Below are positions 38,373 through 47,928 of a stretch of DNA of 64,000 nt, piece after piece (the first letter of the stretch is position 1; each line of letters opens with the position of its first letter). Location: the NCBI GenBank assembly GCA_963555995.3, contig OY821641.1, positions 800,001-864,000 on the forward strand, in the 5' to 3' direction. This DNA comes from Vicinamibacteria bacterium (GTDB lineage: Bacteria > Acidobacteriota > Vicinamibacteria > Marinacidobacterales > Marinacidobacteraceae). Both the position numbers and the translations under genes were made by a program. Below the pieces are notes generated by a model. It was not told the DNA's origin and did not search any database. It worked only from the letters and a program-made list of their open reading frames with translations.

Positions 38373-39172
38373 GGAACGACGGCGCGTTCGGGAACGCCGA
38401 AGAAATCGGCCTCCGGCGGACGGACCGGGATCCCCCGCCCGGCGAGGAAACGCTTGACCTCGGCGACCGGGTGGATGCCGCGATGGAAGATGGACGCGGC
38501 GAGCGCCGCGCTCGCGCCGGTTGCTTCGAAGACCTCCGCCAGGTGCGAGGGGCGGCCGGCGCCCCCGGAGGCGATCAGCGGCACGGAAACGGCCTCGGCC
38601 GCTTCCCGGAGCTGCTCGATGTCGTAGCCGTCCGCGGTTCCGTCCCGGTCCATGCTGGTGAGCAGGATCTCCCCGGCGCCGAGGTCCTCGCCGCGCCGGA
38701 GCCACTCGATGGCGTCGCGTCCGGTGGGTGTCCGTCCTCCCGCCACCACCACCTCGAACCCGCCGCCCGGAACGCGGCGGGCATCCACCGCGAGCACCAG
38801 GCATTGCGACCCGAACCGGCGGCTGCACTTGGCGAGGAGTTCCGGCCGCTCGACCGCGGCGCTGTTCATGGAGACCTTGTCGGCGCCGGCCCGCAGCAGG
38901 TTGTCCATGTCGGCGACCGAGCGCACCCCGCCTCCGACCGTGAAGGGGATCGTGAGGGCTTCCGCCACCCGCCGCACGGTGCCGAGTGCCGTCCCGCGCG
39001 CTTCCCAGGTGGCGGTGATGTCGAGGAGACACAGCTCGTCCGCTTCGGCGGCGTCATACGCCACGGCGCATTCCACCGGATCTCCCTCGTCGGTGAGGTT
39101 CCGGAAGCGCACGCCCTTGACCACCCGGCCGTTCTTCACGTCGAGACAGGGAATGATCCGGCGGGCAAGCAC
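38369..39172 (-). CDS. hisF: imidazole glycerol phosphate synthase cyclase subunit
   Basis: [47 protein letters not shown]. Confidence 0.97.
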   Translation of the reverse strand: MLARRIIPCLDVKNGRVVKGVRFRNLTDEGDPVECAVAYDAAEADELCLLDITATWEARGTALGTVRRVAEALTIPFTVGGGVRSVADMDNLLRAGADKVSMNSAAVERPELLAKCSRRFGSQCLVLAVDARRVPGGGFEVVVAGGRTPTGRDAIEWLRRGEDLGAGEILLTSMDRDGTADGYDIEQLREAAEAVSVPLIASGGAGRPSHLAEVFEATGASAALAASIFHRGIHPVAEVKRFLAGRGIPVRPPEADFFGVPERAVVP

Positions 39173-39223
39173 CGCGCGATTCTAGGCCCGGTGAGACCAA
39201 CGGGGCCCGCCTAGACTTCCCGG

Positions 39224-39973
39224 ATGAGCGACGCGCTGCCGCTTCATCCGGGCGCGGGCGCCCCGCGTCCGCAGGGGCCCGGACAGGAAATCCGCGCGCG
39301 GCGCGACCGGATTCGGGAACAGGCAGGGAGCGAACGGTGGCGCTCCGGCCGGCAGACGCTGGTGGTGGAGGCGGCCCGGGCGACGCTGCAACTGACGGGG
39401 ACGGCCCTCACCGAGGAGGAGATTCAGGCGGCGCGCCGGGGGGCGCCCACCCCCACGTTCGGTCCTGCGCTCGGGGCCCTTGGTCTGATCGGAAACGCCG
39501 CCGCCGAACGCGACCCCGGCGTGGAGCTGATCGGTGAGGTTCACGCGGTCTCCGGCGGCCTCACCGGAGCGAGCCCCTTCCGCACCATCCAGATCGAGCC
39601 GCAGTTTCAGGGGGCTGGCCTTTCGCCTCCCCAGACCGTGGCGTTCCGGCTCGGCAACCTCCTGGAGTGGGTTTCCGGCGCCAGCGGGCGCGATCTCGAA
39701 ACCGCGCCGCGCGCAGCGCTCTTCTTTGCCCGTTTCCTCGAGATCTCACCCTTCGAGCGCGCGAACTTCCGCGTGGCGCACCTGATGCTCACCTTCTTTG
39801 CCCTCGCCGACGACCAACCGCCGGTCTGGTTCGAGGTGGAGGATGCGCCCGGCATCCGGGAAGACGTCTCGCGCGCCTTCCGCTTCGATACCGCGCCGCT
39901 GACGGAGCGCATCGAACGGTCCCTCCACCGCTCCCTGGACCTGATCGCCGGTCCGGGCGCGGTTTCCCGGTAA
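39224..39973 (+). CDS. Fic/Fido-domain protein with degenerate active-site motif
   Basis: RFLEISPFERANFRVAHL corresponds to HPFxDGNGRxxR; helical Fido context (EVHAV..., FRTIQI). Confidence 0.65.
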   Translation: MSDALPLHPGAGAPRPQGPGQEIRARRDRIREQAGSERWRSGRQTLVVEAARATLQLTGTALTEEEIQAARRGAPTPTFGPALGALGLIGNAAAERDPGVELIGEVHAVSGGLTGASPFRTIQIEPQFQGAGLSPPQTVAFRLGNLLEWVSGASGRDLETAPRAALFFARFLEISPFERANFRVAHLMLTFFALADDQPPVWFEVEDAPGIREDVSRAFRFDTAPLTERIERSLHRSLDLIAGPGAVSR

Positions 39974-40024
39974 CTACGGGGTATTCCCGGAGAGGGAGCC
40001 ATCACGCGGATCAGCGCCGCGCCG

Positions 40025-40071
40025 TGCGCAGCGCTCCGCGCAGCGCGTGCCGGTCTGAAGACCGGCGCTCC
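40025..40071. repeat. REP variant plus accessory hairpin
   Basis: GCGC-TCC-GCGC...GTGCCGGTCTGAAGACCGGCGCTCC. Confidence 0.7.
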
Positions 40072-40143
40072 CGAGGCCCGCTACAATCCGAAACATCGGG
40101 TGATCGAGGGTGCCGCTCCACCGGCGCCGGCCCGGTGTCCGGA

Positions 40144-40419
40144 ATGATCCCGCCGTTCGGCTCTCTCGGCTCCCTTGCTTCCTGGGCCATGCTCCAGCAG
40201 CGGCAGGTGGTCGAGTACGTCACGCTCCCGAGCGAGGAACCGGAGCGCGGGATCCTGACGCTCATCCTGGAATCCTTCGCCCTCGCCGGAACGCTTCTCC
40301 TGGGTACCGTGCTGATCGGGCTCGGCGTGGGGCTCTTTCGCGTCTGGCTGCTGCGCCGGTATCCGGAGAACAGCTTCAACGGAAGCGGACGGGACATCCC
40401 CCGGCTCGATCTCAGTTGA
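40144..40419 (+). CDS. small single-pass membrane protein
   Basis: ILTLILESFALAGTLLLGTVLIGLGVGLFRVWL hydrophobic segment; start uncertain. Confidence 0.55.
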   Translation: MIPPFGSLGSLASWAMLQQRQVVEYVTLPSEEPERGILTLILESFALAGTLLLGTVLIGLGVGLFRVWLLRRYPENSFNGSGRDIPRLDLS

Positions 40420-40850
40420 GTCCGGCGGAAGCCCCCCCGTCGGCCGTCAACCGCCGCTTTCCGGACGGCGTTCCCGTGGCCATCTATGACGGGGGTTGAG
40501 GGTTCTGCACCCGCGCCGCGGTCGCGGCGGCCCGCTTCGCGGAAGACCGGCCGGTCCGTTTCGCCGCGCATCAGGAGCTGACCGACGACCAGTTGCGGCA
40601 ACTGGGCGTCTCGCGCGCCGCCTGCGAGAAGCGGGTTCGTTTCCGGGACGCCCGCGGCAGGTTTCACGGCGGCGCCTTCGCGGTCAACCGGTTCATCCTG
40701 CACGCCGCCCCGCCCGGCTGGACCGGCCTTCCGGCCCGCTTCCTGGTGATGGCCGCCTATGTTCTTCCCCCTCTCCTGCTGGCCGAACTCGCCGCGTACG
40801 AGATCGTCGCCCGCAACCGAAACTGCCGTCTCTTCAATCCGGGCCGCTAA
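40416..40850 (+). CDS. DCC1-like (DUF393) thiol-disulfide oxidoreductase, candidate selenoprotein (in-frame TGA at 40497)
   Basis: One frame reads VAIYDGG-TGA-GFCTRAA...GRFHGGAFAV...AYEIVARNR; TTG start overlaps the upstream stop; SECIS-like hairpin follows. Confidence 0.8.
40500..40533 (+). promoter_or_regulatory. putative bacterial SECIS element
   Basis: Lower stem GGGU/GCCC, upper stem CGCCGC/GCGGCG, apical loop GGUC 20 nt after UGA. Confidence 0.6.
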
Positions 40851-40890
40851 CCGCTATCCTGCAACACCGGTACGTCCGAGGAGGATTCCC

Positions 40891-41763
40891 GTGTCCAGAA
40901 CCCTTTTCCTGACCCTCATCGCTGTCTTGTTCCTGCTCGGTTGCGGGGCCCCACCTGTCGAGGAGCCCATGCAGCCCGCTGCGGTCGCCGTGGACGACCA
41001 GCCGGCCGGCGAGTACGTCCGGTTCGCGGATGCCGCGGGCGCGGCGGCGTGGGGGCGGATCGAGGGCGACGAGATCGCCGTGCTCCACGCCGCGCCCTGG
41101 GCGGGCGGGGCGCCCACCGGAGACCGGGTGGCGCGCGACGGAGCGAGGCTCCTGGCGCCGGCCGACCCCGGCAAGGTCATCGCCATCGGCCTCAACTACG
41201 CCTCACACCTGGGCGGGCGCGAACCGGCGCCCTATCCCGGGGTTTTCGCCAAACTGCCGGGCAGCATCGTCGGCCCGGGCGACGCCATCGAGATGACCGA
41301 AGACGCCGGCAACGTCCACTACGAGGGCGAACTGGTGCTGGTGATCGGGAAAGAAGCCCGGGACGTCCCCGTGGAGCAGGCGCAGGACTACATCTTCGGC
41401 GTGACGGCCGGGAATGACGTGAGCGAGCGCGACTGGCAGGGCGCCGATCTCCAGTGGTTCCGCGCCAAGGCGTCGGACACCTACGGCCCTATCGGCCCGG
41501 TGATCTCGCGCGGCGTCAACTACGACGATCTCGAACTCACCACCCGGCTGAACGGGGAGGTCGTCCAGCAGCAGCGGACCAGCGACCTGATCTTCGACAC
41601 GAGCACCATCGTGAGCTACCTGAGCCGCTACGTGGCCCTGATGCCCGGGGACGTGATCTTCACCGGGACCCCCGGCACCACCCAGGCGATGAACGAAGGG
41701 GACATGGTTTCCGTCGAGGTCGAGACGGCCGGCGTCCTCGAGAACCCGGTCGCCCGGCGTTGA
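40891..41763 (+). CDS. fumarylacetoacetate hydrolase family protein with lipoprotein signal
   Basis: GAGGA RBS; LFLLGC lipobox; IGLNYASH, HYEGEL, GNDVSERDWQ, WFRAK, GDVIFTGTPG. Confidence 0.9.
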   Translation: MSRTLFLTLIAVLFLLGCGAPPVEEPMQPAAVAVDDQPAGEYVRFADAAGAAAWGRIEGDEIAVLHAAPWAGGAPTGDRVARDGARLLAPADPGKVIAIGLNYASHLGGREPAPYPGVFAKLPGSIVGPGDAIEMTEDAGNVHYEGELVLVIGKEARDVPVEQAQDYIFGVTAGNDVSERDWQGADLQWFRAKASDTYGPIGPVISRGVNYDDLELTTRLNGEVVQQQRTSDLIFDTSTIVSYLSRYVALMPGDVIFTGTPGTTQAMNEGDMVSVEVETAGVLENPVARR

Positions 41764-41770
41764 CCCGCTA

Positions 41771-41951
41771 ACAGCCTGTGGTGAAACCCACGTGAGCGCC
41801 GAGACGGGCGAGGCGCCCGGCTGACAAGGCGCGTGAGGGAGGAATACCCGGTGTATTCCGACCGAAACGCAACGCAGAGCGCCTCGTAGAGGCGCGGTTC
41901 AGCGGGGATGCATCGCCCGTCGAACGCCGCGTGGGTTTTGCCACAGGCTGT
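41771..41951 (+). mobile_element. 181-bp MITE-like structured element, copy A
   Basis: TIR ACAGCCTGTGG/CCACAGGCTGT flanked by TA; homologous to copies at 47671, 52339, 61649 and 61715. Confidence 0.85.
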
Positions 41952-42259
41952 TAACGGGCGGCGGCCTTGTCGAGGCGCCGCCCCAGGTGCTCCTCGATCG
42001 CCGAACAGGGGACGAACATCGGCTTCTCGTCCACTTCGATGTGGACGGCGCAGACCCCCGGGGTCTCGCTCGACACCTCGTAGGTCCCGGAGAAGGTCCC
42101 GAGCGGGGTCGGGAGCGAGAACTCTCCGAACCCGGGACCCTCGTCACCGCTGACCGTGCCCCCGAAGCGGGCGAAATCGGCCCGCAGCGCCTCGAGGAGA
42201 CTGGAGACCTCGGCCCGCAGGCTGAAGTCGAACTGGCAGGCGGACACCGCGCAGTCCAC
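41951..42259 (-). CDS. small hypothetical protein
   Basis: Protein-like sequence (GGTVSGDE...FSGTYEV...EKPMFVPCSAIE); follows the M20 gene directly; stop at the MITE end. Confidence 0.6.
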   Translation of the reverse strand: MDCAVSACQFDFSLRAEVSSLLEALRADFARFGGTVSGDEGPGFGEFSLPTPLGTFSGTYEVSSETPGVCAVHIEVDEKPMFVPCSAIEEHLGRRLDKAAAR

Positions 42260-43570
42260 CTAGTCCTCGGTTTCGAAGCCGGCTTCGGCCAGCACGAGCA
42301 GCAGCGCCTTCTGGATGCCCAGATGCCCGTCCCGGTTGGCCCACCACTCGTGGAGCGAGTGGGCGCCGAAGCCTTCTCCGCCGCTGCCGATCGTGGTGGC
42401 CGGGATTCCGAGCGAGATGGGGACGTTCGAGTCCGTGGAACCCATGCTGAGTTCCGGCTCGGCGCCCACGGCGCGGGTGGCGGCGAAGGCCCGCTGAATG
42501 AGGGGGGTGTCGGTGGCGACCATGCCGGAGGGCCGGTTACCGATCATCTCGATGTCCACCGTGAGTTCCTCACCGTCGCGCCGCAGCTCGTTCTGCTCGG
42601 CGAGCGCCTCGGTCATCGCGGCCTGGAAGATGGCGTCTATCTCGTCGAGCCGTCCGGGTTCCATGGACCGCATGTCCACCTCCATCCAGTTCTCGAACGG
42701 GATCGAGTTCACCGAGGTCCCGCCCCCGATACGGCCGATGTTGTAGGTGGTCTTGGCGCCCGCGGTGACGTACTCGCCGGCGCGGTCGTCGAAGAGCTTG
42801 ATGGCCCGGGCCATGGCGTGCGCGGGGTTCCCGAGGCCGAACGCGCCCCACGAATGCCCCCCGGGACCCAGGAAGCGCACCCGGTAGCGATGGGAACCGA
42901 TCGCGTGGTTCAGCACGCGCGTGTTGCTCGTGCCGTCGATCGCGATGAAGGCGTCGATCGTCGGTCCGCCGTCCCGGAACAGATGCTTCACGCCGCGGAG
43001 GTCGCCGATTCCCTCCTCGCCGACCGATCCGACGAACAGCACGTCGTCCCGCGTATCCAGACCGTGCCGGTCCATGAGCTTGACCATGGTGAGCATGGTC
43101 ACCAGGCCGCGGGTGTCGTCGGCGATGCCGGGGGCCATGAGCTTGTCGCCCTCCCGGCGGACCGTGACGTCGGTTCCCTCGGGAAACACGGTGTCGAGGT
43201 GGGCCACCACGGCCACCGTCCGGCCTCCGCCCCGGCCCTCCCGGCGCGCGACGACGTTGCCGATCTCATCCAGTTCCGCGTCGAGTCCCGCTTCCCGGAC
43301 GAGTCCGCGGTAGTGGGCGGCCCGTTTCTCTTCCTTGAAGGGCGGCGCCTCGATCTCCGTCAACTCGATGAGCAGGCGTTCGTTCTCCTCGTCCATCGCG
43401 AGGACGTCGTCGAGCGCGGCCGCGACCCGGGGGTCGGCCGTGATAACCGCCATCTCGGTCTCGTACTCGGGGAACACCTCGAGCTCCTGGGCCCCGACGC
43501 CGAGCGCCGGAAGGAGCAAAGCGACGGCCAGGACGGTTGGAAGTTGCGGTCGGAAACGCGAAAACGGCAT
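42260..43570 (-). CDS. secreted M20/M25/M40 family metallopeptidase
   Basis: Signal peptide; AHLDTV, GIADD, GEEGIG, GGHSW, GSTDSN, AHSLHEW. Confidence 0.9.
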   Translation of the reverse strand: MPFSRFRPQLPTVLAVALLLPALGVGAQELEVFPEYETEMAVITADPRVAAALDDVLAMDEENERLLIELTEIEAPPFKEEKRAAHYRGLVREAGLDAELDEIGNVVARREGRGGGRTVAVVAHLDTVFPEGTDVTVRREGDKLMAPGIADDTRGLVTMLTMVKLMDRHGLDTRDDVLFVGSVGEEGIGDLRGVKHLFRDGGPTIDAFIAIDGTSNTRVLNHAIGSHRYRVRFLGPGGHSWGAFGLGNPAHAMARAIKLFDDRAGEYVTAGAKTTYNIGRIGGGTSVNSIPFENWMEVDMRSMEPGRLDEIDAIFQAAMTEALAEQNELRRDGEELTVDIEMIGNRPSGMVATDTPLIQRAFAATRAVGAEPELSMGSTDSNVPISLGIPATTIGSGGEGFGAHSLHEWWANRDGHLGIQKALLLVLAEAGFETED

Positions 43571-43675
43571 AACCGCCCAATGCTACCCGAGTCGCCGCCG
43601 CGTACAACCGCCGCCCTTTCGGAGCTCGGGACGTACGTGAAACCTCGGGTCCCCGGCGGTAGGCTCCCGGCGCCA

Positions 43676-45862
43676 ATGCCGATTCGCACCCCTCCGGCGC
43701 AGTGGCGACGCCGGGCATGCGCCACCGCCCGCCGCCGGGGGGCGGCGCTCCTCGCCGCCGCCGGCTTCCTTGTCGGTGGGTGGGCCGGGGACTTGGCCGC
43801 GCAGCCGGCGGAGCGCGTCGTCGTGCTGGGGTTCGACGGAGCGGATCCGGACGCCATCGCGGAGTTGATCGCCGAGGGAGACCTGCCGCACCTGGCGCGG
43901 CTCGCCCGCGAGGGGACCTTCGCTCCCCTGGCCACCACGAAGCCGTCGGAGTCCCCGGTCGCGTGGGCGACCTTCGCCACCGGCATGAACCCGGGACGTA
44001 CGCGGATCTTCGACTTCCTGGAGAAGCGCGAGGACAGCTACGTGCCGCAGATCGCCCTGGTGCGGCAGGCGACGACCGAACTTCCGGGGACGCCCCTCCG
44101 GGTGGGTCTCGTCCTGTTCCTCGCGCTCGGCGCCGGAATCGCCGCCGCCTGGCTCCTCCAGCGGGTTCGCACAAGCGCCCGGGTGCGCTGGGCGTCCGTG
44201 GCGGTGCTGACGGCGGTTGCCGGCGCGGCGGCCGCGCTGGTCGCGGCGTGGCTGCCCGCCGCCGTTCCGCAGGCGGTCCGGGCGCGGGAGGGAGACGCCT
44301 TCTGGAAGATCGCGGGCGGGGCGGGGGTGCCCACGGTCGCGCTCCAGGCGCCCATGGAGTTCCCGGTGGAGGAGTCGCCCGGCGCCCGGATCCTGGCGGG
44401 GTTCGGAGTTCCCGACGTCCGGAAGTCCTTCGGCCTCTGGTCGGTGTACACGACGGATCTCCTCGACGAGGAATCCACCGAGACCGGGGGCACCCGGTTC
44501 CCGCTCCGTTTCGACGAGGGAACGGCGCGGAGCGTGATCCGCGGGCCTCGCAACTTCACCGTGGCGGCCGCCGAGGCGGACCAGCCGGAGGTCGAGATAC
44601 CCGTCAGCTTCCGGAAGAACGGTGATGTCCTGGAGATCGAGACCGCGGGCGCCGTCCTGAGCCTCGCCGCCGGAGAGTGGTCCGCCTTCGTCCCGGTGCG
44701 TTTCCCGCTCAACCCGCTCATCCGGCTCTCCGGGCTCGTCCGTTTCCGGGTGTTGTCGCTCGAACCGAACGTCACGGTGTACCTGGAGCCGGTCAACTTC
44801 GATCCCGAGCGCCTGCCGCCGATCGTGGATCTCTCCCATCCGCGGGACTTCGCGGGCGAGCTGGCCCGGCGCGCCGGGCCTTACGAAACGATCGGCTGGA
44901 AGATCATCACGAATCCGCTCCGGGACGAGGCGGTGGACTTCGACGCCTTCCTCGAGGACGCCCGGTTCGCCCGCGAGTCGAACGAGCGCCTGCTGATGGC
45001 GTCGCTGGAGGAGGACTCGTGGCGTCTCCTCATGGCCGTCTTCCTGTTCCCCGACCGCATCCAGCACATGCTCTACCGGTTCGCCGATCCCGGGCACCCG
45101 AACCACGACCCGGAACTCGCGGAGCGCTACGGCGGTGGGATCGCCGACGCCTACCGGGACATGGACCGCATCGTCGGAGCGGCGGTGGCGTCCGCGCCGC
45201 CGGACACGCGCTTCGTGGTCGTTTCCGATCACGGCTTTCATTCCTTCCGCAAGCAGTTCAACGTGAACACCTGGCTCGCCGAGAACGGCTACCTGCGGGC
45301 GGTTGGGGATTCGGGGGAGCGCCGGCTCGAAGACCTGTTCGATCCGGAGGCCCTCTTCTTCCCGGGAGTGGACTGGAGCCGGACCAGCGCCTTCGCGCTG
45401 GGCCTTTCCGGGATCTACCTGAACCAGGAAGGACGCGAGCCGGAAGGCACGGTCGCTCCCGGCGCCGAGCGCGAGGAGCTCGTCCGCCGGCTGATCGCGG
45501 ACCTGAAGGCGTTCCGGGACCCGGAGACCGGAGACCCGGTCGTCCGGGTGGTGCACCGGCGCGAGGAGATCTACGAGGGCCCCTTCGTGGAGGAGGCTCC
45601 CGACCTCATCCTCGGTCTCGAACCCGGCTACCGGATCGGCTGGCAGAGCACCCTCGGCGGGATGCCGCCGTCCTCGATCACCCCGAACCTGGACAACTGG
45701 AGCGGCGACCACTGCTCGATGGAGGACACCGCCGGGGTGCTGCTCTCGAACCTGGTCCTCCGGGAGCCCGCGTCGCTCCGGGATGTCGCGCCGACGGTCC
45801 TCGACCTGCTCGGGGTCAGCCCGCCGGAGGCGATGGACGGCGCTTCGCTGCTGCCCCGCTGA
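43676..45862 (+). CDS. alkaline phosphatase superfamily protein (type I phosphodiesterase/nucleotide pyrophosphatase-like)
   Basis: VVVLGFDGAD, PSESPVAWATFATGMNPG, DRIQH, VSDHGF, WSGDH, DVAPTVL; start uncertain. Confidence 0.87.
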   Translation: MPIRTPPAQWRRRACATARRRGAALLAAAGFLVGGWAGDLAAQPAERVVVLGFDGADPDAIAELIAEGDLPHLARLAREGTFAPLATTKPSESPVAWATFATGMNPGRTRIFDFLEKREDSYVPQIALVRQATTELPGTPLRVGLVLFLALGAGIAAAWLLQRVRTSARVRWASVAVLTAVAGAAAALVAAWLPAAVPQAVRAREGDAFWKIAGGAGVPTVALQAPMEFPVEESPGARILAGFGVPDVRKSFGLWSVYTTDLLDEESTETGGTRFPLRFDEGTARSVIRGPRNFTVAAAEADQPEVEIPVSFRKNGDVLEIETAGAVLSLAAGEWSAFVPVRFPLNPLIRLSGLVRFRVLSLEPNVTVYLEPVNFDPERLPPIVDLSHPRDFAGELARRAGPYETIGWKIITNPLRDEAVDFDAFLEDARFARESNERLLMASLEEDSWRLLMAVFLFPDRIQHMLYRFADPGHPNHDPELAERYGGGIADAYRDMDRIVGAAVASAPPDTRFVVVSDHGFHSFRKQFNVNTWLAENGYLRAVGDSGERRLEDLFDPEALFFPGVDWSRTSAFALGLSGIYLNQEGREPEGTVAPGAEREELVRRLIADLKAFRDPETGDPVVRVVHRREEIYEGPFVEEAPDLILGLEPGYRIGWQSTLGGMPPSSITPNLDNWSGDHCSMEDTAGVLLSNLVLREPASLRDVAPTVLDLLGVSPPEAMDGASLLPR

Positions 45863-45892
45863 GCGCGGCGGCGGGGCTGGGTCGGGGACGCC

Positions 45893-47662
45893 TCAGCCGG
45901 TGCGGTTCCGGAAGATCCAGACGCCCGCCGCCACGAAGATGCCGGCGGCGACCAGGGAGCCGGCGTTGACCGGCCCCAGCGTCCCGGACCACAGGATCGC
46001 GTAGCCGAGCGCTCCGGGGAGCAGGGCGTAGTAGCAGAACGGCGCCAGCGTGCGCCGGATCACGGCGCCCTCCCGGCCGACCAGCCCGACCACCGCCGAG
46101 GCGGCCACCACGTTGTGGACGCAGATCATGTTCCCCGCCGCTCCGCCGACGGCCTGGAGCGCGACCACCCACCCCGGATCCACCGCGAGCCGCTCGCCGA
46201 CCCCGAACTGGAAGAGCGAGAACATCATGTTGCTCACGGTGTTGCTGCCGGCGACGAAGGCGCCGAGACCCCCGATGAAGGGCGCGAAGAACGGCCAGGC
46301 CGACCCCGCGATCTGGGCGGCGCCCTCGGCGAGCGCGATCGGCATGGAGGCGAGTCCCGCGGCCCCGCCGCCGGTGTTCAGGAACACCTGCACCATGGGC
46401 ACGGTGAAGACCAGCGCGACCGAGGCGAGGCCGGTGCTCCGGAGCGAAGCGGTGACCGCCCGGGTCGCCTGGGCGCGGTCCATCCGGTGCGCCACCACCG
46501 CGAACAGGGAGGCCGCGATGAAGACGGTCCCGGGAAGGAAGAGCGGGGCGGCGCTGGCGCTGATGCCGCTCCCGAGGATGTCCGGCCAGCGCACGACCAG
46601 ACCGGACAGGAAGTCCCGGAGGGGCAGGGAGGGAAGACGGGTCAGCACCAGCAGCCCGGCGACCACGGCGTAGGGAGCCCACGCGGACACGGGGCTGATC
46701 GCCCGGCCCGCCGCGGGCTCGGTCGCGGACTCCGACCTGTCCCCGGTCCAGTCCGCTTCCCAGGCCGAGCGCGCCGGGAACTCGAAGTGCTCCTCCGGAG
46801 GCGGGACGAAGAGGCCCTTCCGGGCGGCGGTGACCACGATCCCGAGGCCGACCAGGCCGCCGAGGAGCGCCGGGAACTCGGGCCCGAGCAGCCAGGCGGT
46901 GAGCATGTAGGGCGCCGTCATCGCCAGCGCGGCGAACAGCGCGAACTTCCAGACCGCGAGACCCTCGCGGAAGCTCCGGTTGGCGCCGAAGAAGCGGGTC
47001 ATGGTGGCCACCACGATGAGCGGGACCAGCGTCCCCGCGACGGTGTGGAGCACCGCGACCCGGAGGCCGATGAAGGCCATGAAGTCGGTCCACTCGGCAA
47101 GGCCGAGGCTGGCCGCGTAGGCGGCCACCGCCTCCGATCCCGAAAGCCCGGTGGAGACCCCGACCAGGATCGGGGTTCCGGCGGCGCCGAAAGAGACCGG
47201 CGTGCTCTGGATCAGCATGCCCGCGACCACCGCGGCGAGCGGCGGGAACCCGAGTCCCACCAGGAGCGGCACCGCGACCGCCGCCGGAGTGCCGAAACCG
47301 GCCGAGCCCTCGATGAACGCCCCGAAGAGCCAGGCGATCACGAGGACCTGAATGCGCCGGTCCGGGGTGATCCCCACGAAACCGCGGCGGATCACCGCGA
47401 GGGCGCCGCTCTCCTGCAGGGTGTGCAGGAGGAGGATGGCGCCGAAGATGATGTACAGGAGGGTCGCCGCCACCACGAGGCCGTTGAGGGATGCCGCGGC
47501 GATCCGCACGCCCGAGATGTCCCACACCAGCCACGCGAGGCCGGCGGCGGCGAACCAGCTCAGCGGCATCGCCCGCGACGCGGGCCAGCGCAGCACCACG
47601 AGGAAGAGCGCCACCACGCCGATCGGGACGAGCGCCACCGCGGCGAGACCGAGAGTTCCCAT
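45893..47662 (-). CDS. L-lactate permease
   Basis: Multi-TM; [46 protein letters not shown]. Confidence 0.92.
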   Translation of the reverse strand: MGTLGLAAVALVPIGVVALFLVVLRWPASRAMPLSWFAAAGLAWLVWDISGVRIAAASLNGLVVAATLLYIIFGAILLLHTLQESGALAVIRRGFVGITPDRRIQVLVIAWLFGAFIEGSAGFGTPAAVAVPLLVGLGFPPLAAVVAGMLIQSTPVSFGAAGTPILVGVSTGLSGSEAVAAYAASLGLAEWTDFMAFIGLRVAVLHTVAGTLVPLIVVATMTRFFGANRSFREGLAVWKFALFAALAMTAPYMLTAWLLGPEFPALLGGLVGLGIVVTAARKGLFVPPPEEHFEFPARSAWEADWTGDRSESATEPAAGRAISPVSAWAPYAVVAGLLVLTRLPSLPLRDFLSGLVVRWPDILGSGISASAAPLFLPGTVFIAASLFAVVAHRMDRAQATRAVTASLRSTGLASVALVFTVPMVQVFLNTGGGAAGLASMPIALAEGAAQIAGSAWPFFAPFIGGLGAFVAGSNTVSNMMFSLFQFGVGERLAVDPGWVVALQAVGGAAGNMICVHNVVAASAVVGLVGREGAVIRRTLAPFCYYALLPGALGYAILWSGTLGPVNAGSLVAAGIFVAAGVWIFRNRTG

Positions 47663-47670
47663 GACCGTTA

Positions 47671-47851
47671 ACAGCCTGTGGATAAAGTGACGTGAGCACC
47701 GAGAACGCCGAGGCGCCCGGCTGACAAGGCGCGTGAGGGAGGAATACCGAGTGTATTCCGACCGAAACGCAACGCAGAGCGCCTCGTAGAGGCGCGGTTC
47801 AGGCGGGATGCATCGGCGTTCGAATGCCGCGTGACTTTGTCCACAGGCTGT
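47671..47851 (+). mobile_element. 181-bp MITE-like structured element, copy B
   Basis: Same TIR and TA flanks; 8 bp from the lactate permease start codon, in a divergent promoter region. Confidence 0.85.
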
Positions 47852-47928
47852 TAACCCTACCGGCTTCCCGGCTCTCCGGCGCTGCCTCCCAAGGGCTGAC
47901 CGGGAGGGCTGCTGTTACCCTGCCGCCC

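Noticed and set aside
40593-40850. 85-aa stand-alone ORF or pseudogene call for the DCC gene
   Set aside because: Better explained as the 3' part of a UGA-readthrough gene; the stop sits exactly on the motif Cys and there is no other lesion.
47824-47928. N-terminal extensions of mtaB and similar ORF-track starts (8911-10173, 21136, 41987, 61868)
   Set aside because: The extensions run through repeats or neighbouring genes; family homology and promoter/RBS signals begin at later starts.
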